Shown in pieces: positions 48,543-57,534 of a stretch of DNA of 64,000 bases. The position numbers and the translations under genes are program-made. The notes under the pieces were generated by a model, which saw nothing but the letters and a program-made list of their open reading frames with translations, made no database searches and was not told the origin of the DNA. Source of the stretch: Bdellovibrionales bacterium (GTDB lineage Bacteria; Bdellovibrionota; Bdellovibrionia; Bdellovibrionales; UBA1609). The stretch is taken from assembly GCA_965205945.1 (NCBI GenBank), contig CBDBIB010000003.1:162192-226191 (forward strand), read 5' to 3'. Numbering within the stretch: the stretch's first letter is position 1; the number at the start of each line of letters is the position of its first letter.

Positions 48543-49628
48543 TTAAACCACATTCTTCATAACAACTACTTTTTCACTTGGCAAACAATTTAAATACACC
48601 ACATTCTCTCGCTCCCAATTCCTAATTCCTCTGCCACTCCAGCGCTCTGGCTTTAACCTTCTTGCTGCTTCATAAACTTCCTTACGCTTTTCTAATATCT
48701 CTTTATCTTTTCCTAAATGGCGCTCTGATGGCGTCACAAACTTTATTCCACTGTGACGATGCTCTTCATTGTACCAATTAACAAAATTATCAACCCAGTC
48801 TCTTGCATCACCTATGCTTTTAAAAAACTCTGGATAATCCGGCACATACTTTAACGTCTTAAATAAACTTTCTGAATAGGCATTGTCATTACTTACACTC
48901 GGCCTACTAAATGAACTTGAAACTCCCAACCAATCAAGTGTTGCTAGCATCGTTGCTCCCTTCATTGAGCCGCCATTATCTGAATGTAATACTAGCTCAT
49001 CTCTTTTTATTTTTTCTCTCTCACAAATCTCTTTAATTAACTCTGATGATAAATCCATACTTTCTCTAACGTGTACTTTATAACCTACAATCTTTCTACT
49101 AAACACATCCATAAACATATATAAATAATAAAACCGACCCCGCACCAAAGTTTTTAAATAAGTAATATCCCAAGAATAAACTTGATTCACTTCCGTTGCA
49201 GTCATTCCTTTTGGCTTTTGTTTAGTTTTTGGTTTTGTTCTTCCTCTATGAACTAAAAGTTTATTCTCTTTTAAAACTTTATAAAAACTTGATTCACTTG
49301 CTAAATAAACTCCATCATCTGCAAGTTTTGAAACTATCACATGAGGAGAGTCATCAACATACTTTTTTAAAGTACAGGTGTTAATGATCTCATCTTTTTC
49401 TTTATCACTTAATTTATTTTTTGGAGGCGATAAGGGTCCTTTTCTTTTATCAGTTAAAGAAAGTTTCCAGCGGTTGAAAGTTTTAATATCAATTTCTAAA
49501 TCGCTGCAGGCAAGTTTAAGTCTACAGCCATTTTTAGAAGAGGTGTTAATTAATTCAAGACAAACTTCTTTGTCATCAGGACTTAATCTTCGTCCTCTTT
49601 GACCCCCCAGATCTCGTGGCTTTTTTTT
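48543..49628 (-). CDS. IS3-family transposase OrfB (DDE integrase core), expressed as OrfAB by -1 frameshift
   Basis: The frame is open from the A8 run with no ATG. DDE core WDITYL...HSDNGGSM...NAYSESLFKTLK. Confidence 0.8.
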   Translation of the reverse strand, partial: KKKPRDLGGQRGRRLSPDDKEVCLELINTSSKNGCRLKLACSDLEIDIKTFNRWKLSLTDKRKGPLSPPKNKLSDKEKDEIINTCTLKKYVDDSPHVIVSKLADDGVYLASESSFYKVLKENKLLVHRGRTKPKTKQKPKGMTATEVNQVYSWDITYLKTLVRGRFYYLYMFMDVFSRKIVGYKVHVRESMDLSSELIKEICEREKIKRDELVLHSDNGGSMKGATMLATLDWLGVSSSFSRPSVSNDNAYSESLFKTLKYVPDYPEFFKSIGDARDWVDNFVNWYNEEHRHSGIKFVTPSERHLGKDKEILEKRKEVYEAARRLKPERWSGRGIRNWERENVVYLNCLPSEKVVVMKNVV

Positions 49629-50083
49629 AACAAGATGATTCTAGCAGACTGTTCAGCTAGAGCTTTTTCAGCTCGATTTAAAGATCTTTCTAAGTTTATT
49701 TTATCTTTCCTTAAAGTTTTAATTTCAGGATCAAGTGAAGGTCTTCCAACAGGATTTTGTCCAAGTAATTCTTTTTCAAAATTAATAAGGTCTGAAGAGT
49801 TAAGTCCATTTTCTCTAAGAAATTTTCCAAGTTCGTTTTCATTTAAAGATTGAGTTTTTTTAATAAAGTTAAGTTTGTCTTCAAGAGAGAGTTTTTTATT
49901 GCTGTTGCTGTGGGTCATAGAATTTAAATTAGCATATTTTTTCTTCCATCCATAGAGGGTTGAAGAGGCAATGTTAAGTTTACTAGCGGTGTAAGTGAGT
50001 CCTTTTTTGTCAGCGAGTAATTTTTTCACAGCGTTGAGTTTAAAGTTTTCATTATAAGTTTTATTGAGGTTATTGTTTTTCAT
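49583..50083 (-). CDS. IS3-family transposase OrfA (HTH)
   Basis: 166 aa. HTH KLNIASSTLYGWKKKY plus a leucine-zipper-like C-terminus. Confidence 0.85.
   Translation of the reverse strand: MKNNNLNKTYNENFKLNAVKKLLADKKGLTYTASKLNIASSTLYGWKKKYANLNSMTHSNSNKKLSLEDKLNFIKKTQSLNENELGKFLRENGLNSSDLINFEKELLGQNPVGRPSLDPEIKTLRKDKINLERSLNRAEKALAEQSARIILLKKSHEIWGVKEDED
49621..49628 (-). other. programmed -1 ribosomal frameshift site (A AAA AAA)
   Basis: T8 on the plus strand, A8 on the coding strand, 36 nt before the orfA stop. Slipping into the -1 frame gives KKKPRDLGGQRGRRL, continuous with orfB. Confidence 0.7.
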
Positions 50084-50201
50084 ATGTTTTCCTTTTTAAG
50101 CCCCTGATATTGTTTAAATAAAGTGGATTTCAAAAGTTAAACTGAATTTTAAATAATTAAATTTCCCTTCAGGTCCCAACTATCCAAAAATTTTCCGTCT
50201 T

Positions 50202-50918
50202 TTAGTTTTCATTTTCAACCTGCTCGTTCTTTTCGGTTCCTCTTAATTCAAGGAAGACAGTGTCTGAGTCGTGCATAGATTTTTCTTCAGCCTTTTTCTC
50301 TTCTTGCTTCTTTTTAAGTTCCTCTTCCTCTTTTAACATTGATTTTTTTTCCGCATACACACTCCCATGAGAGCATTTGGCTATCGTACTGATTGCCCTA
50401 TACGTTAATCCTGCCCGTAATAATTTGCGGATTAATTCTGAATCTCTTTCTTTTTTTCTGCCAATTAATTTTCCCTTCGCACGAGCGTTCGCTAATCCAA
50501 TTTTCACCCGATCTGCTATAAGGTCTCTTTCTAGTTGAGAAATACTGGCCAAAATTGAAAAAATTGCCACTCCAACGGCGGAATTTGTATCAATTTTTTC
50601 AGTTAGACTAACAAAATGTACTTCTTTCTTTTTGAAAATTTGAAGTGCATTAAGCAAGTGGGTTGTACTTCGAGCAAAACGTGAAAAGGAATAAACAACA
50701 ACTGATGAGATTTCATCGTTATCGACGGCAGCCATCAATCGACCTAATGCTGGTCTGTTGGACTTTGTGCCGCTAATTCCTTCATCAGTAAAAAATTCTA
50801 CGTCAGAAATATTATTTTGCTCGCAGTATTGCTTGAGAACTCTGACTTGAGATTCCATGCCCGTTGCTTGGTCTACGGTACTCACCCTTGCGTAGCAGGC
50901 TACTCTTTTTTTATTCAT
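50202..50918 (-). CDS. small serine recombinase (resolvase/invertase family)
   Basis: 238 aa. Catalytic motif VACYARVSTVDQ, then SRFARS and C-terminal HTH GLTYRAISTIAK. Lys/Glu-rich tail. The stop lies 5 bp from the IS3 end. Confidence 0.85.
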   Translation of the reverse strand: MNKKRVACYARVSTVDQATGMESQVRVLKQYCEQNNISDVEFFTDEGISGTKSNRPALGRLMAAVDNDEISSVVVYSFSRFARSTTHLLNALQIFKKKEVHFVSLTEKIDTNSAVGVAIFSILASISQLERDLIADRVKIGLANARAKGKLIGRKKERDSELIRKLLRAGLTYRAISTIAKCSHGSVYAEKKSMLKEEEELKKKQEEKKAEEKSMHDSDTVFLELRGTEKNEQVENEN

Positions 50919-51054
50919 ACGCTCCCCCTTATTGTGAATTAAAAGAAGGTTTAGCGCTCAATTACGGGTATTTTACCTCTATTTTTGAACCCTAGACTCT
51001 CTTAGAAAGAATGATTTCATCAATAAAGCTGGAGAAGTCCCAATAACACTGGGC

Positions 51055-51390
51055 TTAATCACGCGTCATAAATATGATTTCGTCATTTTCTTGCTCTTGA
51101 TAAGCTAAAAGTCTTTTTTGTATAAACAGTGGAGCATTACTGGGCGGGCATCTGTAAAATCCAATTTTAGAATAAAATCCCTCTAACTTTTTCCAAGGAA
51201 TACAGCAAACACCGGCTATCTTATTTTCGTCTAAATGCCCTTCAAATACATTCAAAAGAAGCTTTCCTATTCCTTTTTTACGGTATTGAGGGATAACAAG
51301 CATACTCCTTAACAAAGGGGTTGAGTTTTCTACGCAAAACCTTACGATACCAATAATTTCGTTTTGAGCCTCAGCAATGGCTAGAAACAC
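51055..51390 (-). CDS. GNAT-family N-acetyltransferase (short, possibly N-terminally truncated)
   Basis: 111 aa with GTG start. Acetyl-CoA motif VIPQYRKKGIGKLLL and FYSKIGF. Confidence 0.6.
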   Translation of the reverse strand: MFLAIAEAQNEIIGIVRFCVENSTPLLRSMLVIPQYRKKGIGKLLLNVFEGHLDENKIAGVCCIPWKKLEGFYSKIGFYRCPPSNAPLFIQKRLLAYQEQENDEIIFMTRD

Positions 51391-51602
51391 CTAGATTGCT
51401 CCTCAGAAGCAATCTGCTACATAAAGGGAGTTTTATGACTTTTGGAGTATTTTTAGCCTCCTAAAAGCCAATAAAATCAATGCCATCAGGACTGATAAAA
51501 GGATTGGGTTTTAAGAAGAAATTTTTACAGACCAGCTTGAAATAAATGATATTTCGTGCCATAAAGCTCTGAATAATCAAATTAATTTCTGAGGTAAATG
51601 TA

Positions 51603-52115
51603 ATGAAACTTTTTATTTTTGCAATCGGCATTTTTTCGAGCGTATCAGTGTTTGCAAATTATAAGTATGATTGCAGTAGAAAAATGATTGCATTAGGACT
51701 TTCCCATCCAAAACAGATTGATTGGGTGTGTAGAAATTCCACACGATATACAGTTGAAGTTATCAACTATGCGATATCAGCGAATTTGAATAGAGTAGAT
51801 TCTCTTGCTTTTGTTGCTGGAGGAAAAGCCACAGGATGGACCAAGTATTGCTTGAACTTACTTATCCACCACAGTGGATACACAAGGGTGGACAGCTTGG
51901 GGATGCTATGCAGAGATGTTTCACGAGACTCCTATTCTTCAATTTATAGGTATATACAAAATGGTATGAATCCCGACTATTTGTCTGTTGAGCTTGCGTA
52001 TATTTACTCCAAAGATTCATTACGTTCGTTTTTACAAACTTTTCGAGAGTTGAAAGAACGTGATTTTTGCTCAGTTGCTAATTGTCCCCCTGAACTAGAT
52101 TTAGAAAATCTTTAA
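51603..52115 (+). CDS. hypothetical secreted Cys-containing protein
   Basis: 170 aa. Signal peptide MKLFIFAIGIFSSVSVFA. Confidence 0.4.
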   Translation: MKLFIFAIGIFSSVSVFANYKYDCSRKMIALGLSHPKQIDWVCRNSTRYTVEVINYAISANLNRVDSLAFVAGGKATGWTKYCLNLLIHHSGYTRVDSLGMLCRDVSRDSYSSIYRYIQNGMNPDYLSVELAYIYSKDSLRSFLQTFRELKERDFCSVANCPPELDLENL

Positions 52116-52142
52116 AGATTCATTGATCATAATTCACTTCAT

Positions 52143-52349
52143 TTAATGGATAGGAAGAATAAAGCACCTTTTAGAAGCGCGAGAGAGCAAAAATCGGGGG
52201 ATTCTGCCGTGCTCAATATGATTAATGCTATACCCTGTGCGGTTTATGTATTTTCCTGCATCACGCATAGACAGTCCAGCCTTCTCACGCAAGTAAGCTA
52301 GAGTTTTAGTTTTCATTGTTATTCGTCTTTCAGCACTTCTTTTACTCAT
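52143..52349 (-). CDS. XRE-family HTH protein (short, possibly damaged C-terminus)
   Basis: 68 aa. LAYLREKAGLSMRDAGKYINRTGYSINHIEHGR resembles the HTH_3 pattern. Confidence 0.4.
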   Translation of the reverse strand: MSKRSAERRITMKTKTLAYLREKAGLSMRDAGKYINRTGYSINHIEHGRIPRFLLSRASKRCFILPIH

Positions 52350-52456
52350 TTTATTTTCCTTTCAATGTTAAAAAGTGCTCTTTGACCCAAGTGGTGTATA
52401 AAAAACCACCCGTCTACACAGGTAGATAAAAATGCTCTCTATTAAAAACTAAGAGC

Positions 52457-52474
52457 AAACTACACATGTAGTTT
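52457..52474. promoter_or_regulatory. 18-bp palindrome, candidate operator
   Basis: AAACTACA-CA-TGTAGTTT, about 110 bp upstream of the XRE-like gene. Confidence 0.3.
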
Positions 52475-52665
52475 TTGATCTGATTTCAACGAAAAATTTT
52501 TTCACCAAAATTTATTTTGCTAAGAGTTTGCTAGCCCTAGTTAATTGCAGTGACGTAGTGTGGTTTCTTGTGACGTTTGCAAAGTGAACTCGAACGTATC
52601 TAATGAACAGCTCTTGAATGATTACTAATAGTTATGTGAAGCCAATCAAATTGGGGGGAGTATTA

Positions 52666-53015
52666 TGGTGGAGGCGGGGGGAATTGAACCCCCGTCCGTA
52701 AATGATTCACATTAAGGCGCTACACGCTTAGTCTGTAATTTATGACGGAGGCGAGGCGAATACAGACACTCTCAACGCAACCCTTTCTTGCTTTATTTAA
52801 ACTAAACATTGCAAGTAAAAATGTTTAGTCGAGGCCGCTAAAGTGGCGACAAATACTGACCTCGCAGCCGCAGGAAAGCTTGTCGGCTACCTTATATTAG
52901 GCAGCTAGTTGTAGATCGTTGCCGATTACGGTTTTGCATGTTTTTATCGAGGACCTCATGCTCCCCGGCGTGCTCCTTAAGTTGCAGCATCCACGTCGAA
53001 ACCAAATGCGCCCCC
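52666..53015 (-). ncRNA. ssrA: tmRNA (SsrA)
   Basis: 5' GGGGGCGCATTTGGTTTCGACG and 3' GGACGGGGGTTCAATTCCCCCCGCCTCCACCA, with a G3:U pair in the acceptor stem. Tag reading frame GGC AAC GAT CTA CAA CTA GCT GCC TAA gives (A)GNDLQLAA. Confidence 0.95.
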
Positions 53016-53264
53016 AGTTATTTACTTAACCTAACATGTTATAGCGTTTTTATCTAGTGCTATTTTTAAAAGCAACATTTTAGGTTTATAGATTTAGTAA
53101 AAAACTGCGGTTTTTTACTATTAGCTTTTAGAAAACTTAAATACTTAGGCTGTCGATTGATAGGGTATTTTCTAGGATTAGAAAAGTATTGGTGTTTTCA
53201 AAAGGTCTTAGAATACCAACTCACTAAGACTAGATTAATTATTTTTTTCATTTAATAAGGATGT

Positions 53265-54017
53265 ATGGATTTTAAAGCTCCCCTTAAAAAAGGTATTTTA
53301 CTTAAACGTTATAAACGGTTCTTTGTAGATATTAAATTTAAAGATGAGATAATAACAGCTCATCTTCCTAATACTGGAAGTATGAAAACAATACCTCTTA
53401 CTAACGTTCCCTGTTATTTTTCAACATCAAATGATCCAAAAAGAAAACTAAAATATACTTTAGAGTTTGTAGAAACTCCTACAGGGCTTGCAGGTGTAAA
53501 TACAAGAACTCCAAATACTATTACACACGAAGCTTTACTTAAAGGTTTAAATAAGAAGTTTGCTCATGTGCAAGCTGAAGTAAAAGTTACAGGTGAAACT
53601 AGAATTGATTTTGTATTGTGGACATGGACTGGAGATAAAATAAAAGAACCTAAGAAATTACGGTATCCAGATTATTTATCTGATAAAAATCTAAGATTGC
53701 ACTTTATAGAAGTTAAGAACATAAGTATGGCAGAAGGAAGTATTGCAAGTTTTCCTGATAGTGTTACTTTTAGAGGGACTAAGCATTTAAATGAATTGAT
53801 TTTTTTACAAAAATCTGGACATACTACGCAAATTCTTTTTGTAGTACAAAGAGAAAATATTAAAACCTTTACCCCAGCCTTAAAGATTGACCCAGTTTAT
53901 ACGAGCACTTTAAAACTCGCTAAGAAAGAAAATGTTATTATCTCTGCGTTTCCAGCTGAAATGACAAATAAAAAAGTCCGCCTTAACTGGACGAACCCTA
54001 TTAAAATTAGTTTATGA
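53265..54017 (+). CDS. sfsA: sugar fermentation stimulation protein SfsA
   Basis: 250 aa. KRYKRFFVDI and HLPNTGSM. Confidence 0.85.
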   Translation: MDFKAPLKKGILLKRYKRFFVDIKFKDEIITAHLPNTGSMKTIPLTNVPCYFSTSNDPKRKLKYTLEFVETPTGLAGVNTRTPNTITHEALLKGLNKKFAHVQAEVKVTGETRIDFVLWTWTGDKIKEPKKLRYPDYLSDKNLRLHFIEVKNISMAEGSIASFPDSVTFRGTKHLNELIFLQKSGHTTQILFVVQRENIKTFTPALKIDPVYTSTLKLAKKENVIISAFPAEMTNKKVRLNWTNPIKISL

Positions 54018-54023
54018 TGTTAC

Positions 54024-54806
54024 TTATTTTTTAGCGCTTAAATGTCTATCTATAATTTCTTTAAATTTTTCAACAGGATATGCTCCTTTTAAGAAAACAC
54101 CATTTACAACAAATGCTGGTGTTCCAGTAATTTTATATTTTTCAGCTTCTTTTCTATCAGCCGCAAGCCTTGCTTGAACTTCGTCATTTTTAGTATTTGC
54201 AAAAACTTTTGCAGCATCTTTACCCATTATATCCTTAACTATTTTTTTAAGATAGTCAGGGCCACCATTTCTTAAAGCTCCTTGATCCTCAAAAACTTTA
54301 TCGTGAAAAGTATATGCTTTGTGTTTATCTATCATAGCAATGGCCTCAAAAACTTCTGCAGCAGGAAGTGACATTGGAGCACCCGTTACAAGTAAATGTT
54401 TGTACATAAATCTAATTTTATTTTTATACTCTTTTTCCATGAGTTTTTTAAGAGTGTTAAAGCCTCTTCCGCAGTATCCACATTGAAAATCAGAATATTC
54501 AACAATAGTAATTGGAGCTTTTGCAGGGCCACTTAGAGCTCTTTTTTCATCAATTTCAGGTTTTACTGGATTGGTAAATTGGTTTTCCATTTCTGTTTGT
54601 GCATTTTTTTCTTCATTAGAGCGTCTTTGTTCTTGAGCAGCTCTTGAGACTTCTTTTAAGGCCTCCATAAACTTAGTTGGGTTTTTTTTCATCATTTCAG
54701 TTAAAATGTCAGGATTTTTTTGAATTGTGTCTTCAATGATTTTTGAACATCCAAATAGTCCTAAAATAGATAAAGTTAGTATTGTTTTTAAAATAAATTT
54801 TTCCAT
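54024..54806 (-). CDS. DsbA-family thiol:disulfide oxidoreductase lipoprotein
   Basis: 260 aa. Lipobox LGLFGCS and thioredoxin active site FQCGYCGR. Confidence 0.75.
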   Translation of the reverse strand: MEKFILKTILTLSILGLFGCSKIIEDTIQKNPDILTEMMKKNPTKFMEALKEVSRAAQEQRRSNEEKNAQTEMENQFTNPVKPEIDEKRALSGPAKAPITIVEYSDFQCGYCGRGFNTLKKLMEKEYKNKIRFMYKHLLVTGAPMSLPAAEVFEAIAMIDKHKAYTFHDKVFEDQGALRNGGPDYLKKIVKDIMGKDAAKVFANTKNDEVQARLAADRKEAEKYKITGTPAFVVNGVFLKGAYPVEKFKEIIDRHLSAKK

Positions 54807-54867
54807 TATGATTGTCTCCTCTGTGTATGATTAAAGCTTATTTCAAATAATAAGTATGGAGTTTCTC

Positions 54868-54881
54868 TTTTTTTTTTTTTT
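54868..54881. repeat. T14 homopolymer in a divergent promoter region
   Basis: Fourteen consecutive T between the divergent starts at 54806 (minus strand) and 54931 (plus strand). Confidence 0.9.
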
Positions 54882-54930
54882 CTGTCTACTTACTTGACTC
54901 ATCGGTGCCATATTTAGGAAAATCATTCTT

Positions 54931-55575
54931 ATGAATAAGATAATTAGACAGTTTTTAATAGTTTTTCTTTTATTTTTATACTCAACCTCGACTTTAGCCG
55001 TAAGTTATAATTATACAACGCTTATTTTTAAGGATTACCCTGATCTAAAACCCTTAGTGAATAACGCCCTTAGTGAAAGTCGGCGCTTTAGGTACCCTCA
55101 AGATGGGTTAAGAGCTGTTTCTCCTTTAAAAAAATCTTTACGAATGCTTCTTTCTAGACCTGATGGGGATAATCTAATTTCAAAGCTTAGCTCTGAACTT
55201 ATTAGGGATCTTGAATCAATGGGTGTTTTTCATGCTACAGTTGATGAGCTTATTTCTCAGGGAAAGGAAGATGTCTTTAATAAGGCTTTAAGTTCTAAGG
55301 TTCGAACCACGTCGCTAATTATGCTAAACAATTTATTATTTTTAATACGACCACGAACACTTAAAAGCCTTCCACTAGCTAAAAGTGTTTGTAAACTTGC
55401 TGACGAAAATTTAAAAATCCCACGAAAAATTCTACACACTGCTGAGCTTACAACAATGTTTAAGGAAGTTTCTCCGACTAATTTGGCTAAAAAAATTATG
55501 TATTGGTATGCAAAACAAAAGAATAAGAAAGTTCAATCTTTGAAAAAAGGCTGTCCTTTTTCAAAAAGAACTTAG
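54931..55575 (+). CDS. hypothetical secreted protein
   Basis: 214 aa with an N-terminal signal peptide (FLLFLYSTSTLAVS). Confidence 0.4.
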   Translation: MNKIIRQFLIVFLLFLYSTSTLAVSYNYTTLIFKDYPDLKPLVNNALSESRRFRYPQDGLRAVSPLKKSLRMLLSRPDGDNLISKLSSELIRDLESMGVFHATVDELISQGKEDVFNKALSSKVRTTSLIMLNNLLFLIRPRTLKSLPLAKSVCKLADENLKIPRKILHTAELTTMFKEVSPTNLAKKIMYWYAKQKNKKVQSLKKGCPFSKRT

Positions 55576-55585
55576 AATAAAAGAG

Positions 55586-56080
55586 CTACCAAATTAGTCC
55601 TCTTTGTCGTTTATAAAAAAAGTAGTCTAAACCTCCAACCCGCCCTGATCCAAAGACTAAAAGAGATGAGAGAATTATCATGAGTGGGAATATTTGAACC
55701 TGCTCAACAGGTCCTGATATAAACGAAATGATATATAAATAAAGTATAGCAATAATTGCTCCTGGACGATTTAAAAATCCTATTAAAAAAATAAATCCAA
55801 GAAGCCATTCAATTTTTACAATAACACTTGCTGAAAACGCCCAGTTTTCTTGCATATAATCAATAAAGAAAGTTTGCACCCACACAGGAGGATCTAAAGA
55901 GTATAAAAATTCATCAATAAGTGCTGATATTTTTGGTTTATTTAAAAACCCCTCATTTAATTTCTCTGCATATCTGGAAAAAAAGAAATAACTTACGTAA
56001 AGCCTTAAAATCAGTATAGGCCATAAATGATTTATATACCGTAAGCTTTCTACTTGATCTTTAATTAATTTCACCCACAC
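55586..56080 (-). CDS. DoxX-like membrane protein
   Basis: 164 aa with four hydrophobic segments. The C-terminal GSGRVGGLDYF resembles the DoxX GAGRxSLD motif. Confidence 0.4.
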   Translation of the reverse strand: MWVKLIKDQVESLRYINHLWPILILRLYVSYFFFSRYAEKLNEGFLNKPKISALIDEFLYSLDPPVWVQTFFIDYMQENWAFSASVIVKIEWLLGFIFLIGFLNRPGAIIAILYLYIISFISGPVEQVQIFPLMIILSSLLVFGSGRVGGLDYFFYKRQRGLIW

Positions 56081-56082
56081 CT

Positions 56083-56802
56083 CTAGTTTAATGAATTATA
56101 ATAATAACATTTTTTCTTAAAGCTACAGTTTATGCAATGGGGATTCACTGCTCTACAGACTTTTCGCCCATGAAATATCATCCAGTGTGCAAACTTTACC
56201 CAGTACTTTTTATGGAGTATTGCCATAAGTTCTCGTTCAATAATGACAGGGTTTTCACTTTTAGTAAGTCCAAGTCTTTTTGAAAGCCTTTTAACATGAG
56301 TATCTACAACAATTCCTTCAGGTTTATTAAAAATTTCACCCAACACAACATTTGCTGTTTTTCGACCAACACCAGGAAGCTTTATAAGGCTATTAAGTTT
56401 ATCTGGTACTTTACTTGAATACTCATTCACCAATTTTTGACAAAGACCTTTTATATTCTTAGCCTTACTTTTATATAATCCAATTGATTTTATTTCTTCT
56501 TGGATATCTTGGCTACTAAGTTTTGCAACTTCTTCAGGAAATTTATATTTTTTAAAAAAATTCTTGGTTACTTTATTTACTGTAACGTCCATACATTGAG
56601 CACTTAATACTGTTGCTACTAGTAGCTCTATGGGGCTTGAGTACACCAATTGGCAGTAGGCATCTGGATATAGATGTTTTAATTTAGTGGTTACATATTT
56701 AGTTTGTTGTTTTAATTTTTCATCATTCACAATTAATAAAATAGTAACACTTTTATTAGACAAATCACTCTTGTGCGCGTTATTTTCTTTTAAAACATAC
56801 AA
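56083..56802 (-). CDS. nth: endonuclease III
   Basis: 239 aa. HhH-GPD LPGVGRKTANVVL and a 4Fe-4S cluster CRAVNPHCINCSFKKKC. The start may be further downstream. Confidence 0.9.
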   Translation of the reverse strand: MYVLKENNAHKSDLSNKSVTILLIVNDEKLKQQTKYVTTKLKHLYPDAYCQLVYSSPIELLVATVLSAQCMDVTVNKVTKNFFKKYKFPEEVAKLSSQDIQEEIKSIGLYKSKAKNIKGLCQKLVNEYSSKVPDKLNSLIKLPGVGRKTANVVLGEIFNKPEGIVVDTHVKRLSKRLGLTKSENPVIIERELMAILHKKYWVKFAHWMIFHGRKVCRAVNPHCINCSFKKKCYYYNSLN

Positions 56803-56819
56803 TAGTGAGGGTTTATTAT

Positions 56820-57476
56820 ATGAAAAAGATTGCTGTTATTTTATCTGGTTGTGGATATTTAGATGGTTCAGAAATTACTGAATCCGTATCTTTCTTTATA
56901 GAATTGAGTAAAAATAATATTCTTTATGATATCTATGCACCTAATCAAAGTTTTTATCCTGCTCCTCACTTAGATGGAGATCTTCTTAAGCCTTCACCAA
57001 GAAATGTTATGGAGGAATCTGCGCGCATCACACGAGGCAATATTCGTGATTTAGAAGAGTTAAACCCTTTAGAATACGACGGTCTTTCACTTCCAGGTGG
57101 CTATGGTGTTGCAAAAAATCTTTCAACTTGGATGCAGGATGGGCATAGGTGTTTAGTAAATAAAAACCTTAAAGATGTAGTTTTAAACTTTTTTTCCAAT
57201 TCAAAGCCAATTTTAGCGATTTGTGTTGCGCCTATTATTGTGGCAAAAATATTGTGCAGCCAAATTCGCCCTACTATTACCATTGGAGATGATTTAGACA
57301 CCATTTCTGAAATTGAGAAGATGAATATAGATCATATTAAATGCAATGTAATTGATTTTGTTACTGATAGAGAGTCTAAAATTATTTCAACTCCAGCATA
57401 TATGTGTAAAGCAAAAGCGCACGAAGTATTTAAAGGCATTCAAAAAGCCACTTCTGAATTTTTAGCAATGTGTTAA
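56820..57476 (+). CDS. elbB: ElbB-type DJ-1/PfpI-family glyoxalase
   Basis: MKKIAVILSGCGYLDGSEI, EESARITRG and PGGYGVAKNLS. Start placed at the ATG at 56820. Confidence 0.8.
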   Translation: MKKIAVILSGCGYLDGSEITESVSFFIELSKNNILYDIYAPNQSFYPAPHLDGDLLKPSPRNVMEESARITRGNIRDLEELNPLEYDGLSLPGGYGVAKNLSTWMQDGHRCLVNKNLKDVVLNFFSNSKPILAICVAPIIVAKILCSQIRPTITIGDDLDTISEIEKMNIDHIKCNVIDFVTDRESKIISTPAYMCKAKAHEVFKGIQKATSEFLAMC

Positions 57477-57534
57477 AATTGCTTTCTTTAAAAAAAAAGA
57501 ATTTTAAATACCACTTAACAGTGGAGTGGTAAAT

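Larger units (their letters stand above)
48497..50197 (-). mobile_element. IS3-family insertion sequence, apparently intact
   Basis: 43-bp perfect terminal inverted repeats (48497-48539 and 50155-50197). orfA and orfB are in -1 register, with an A8 slippery run. 1701 bp. Confidence 0.9.

Noticed and set aside
41561-50918. The idea that the recombinase fragment at 41561-42343 and the resolvase gene at 50202-50918 are two halves of one split large serine recombinase
   Set aside because: The 238-aa protein already has its own C-terminal HTH and stop, as in small resolvases. The two are 8 kb apart and separated by housekeeping genes.
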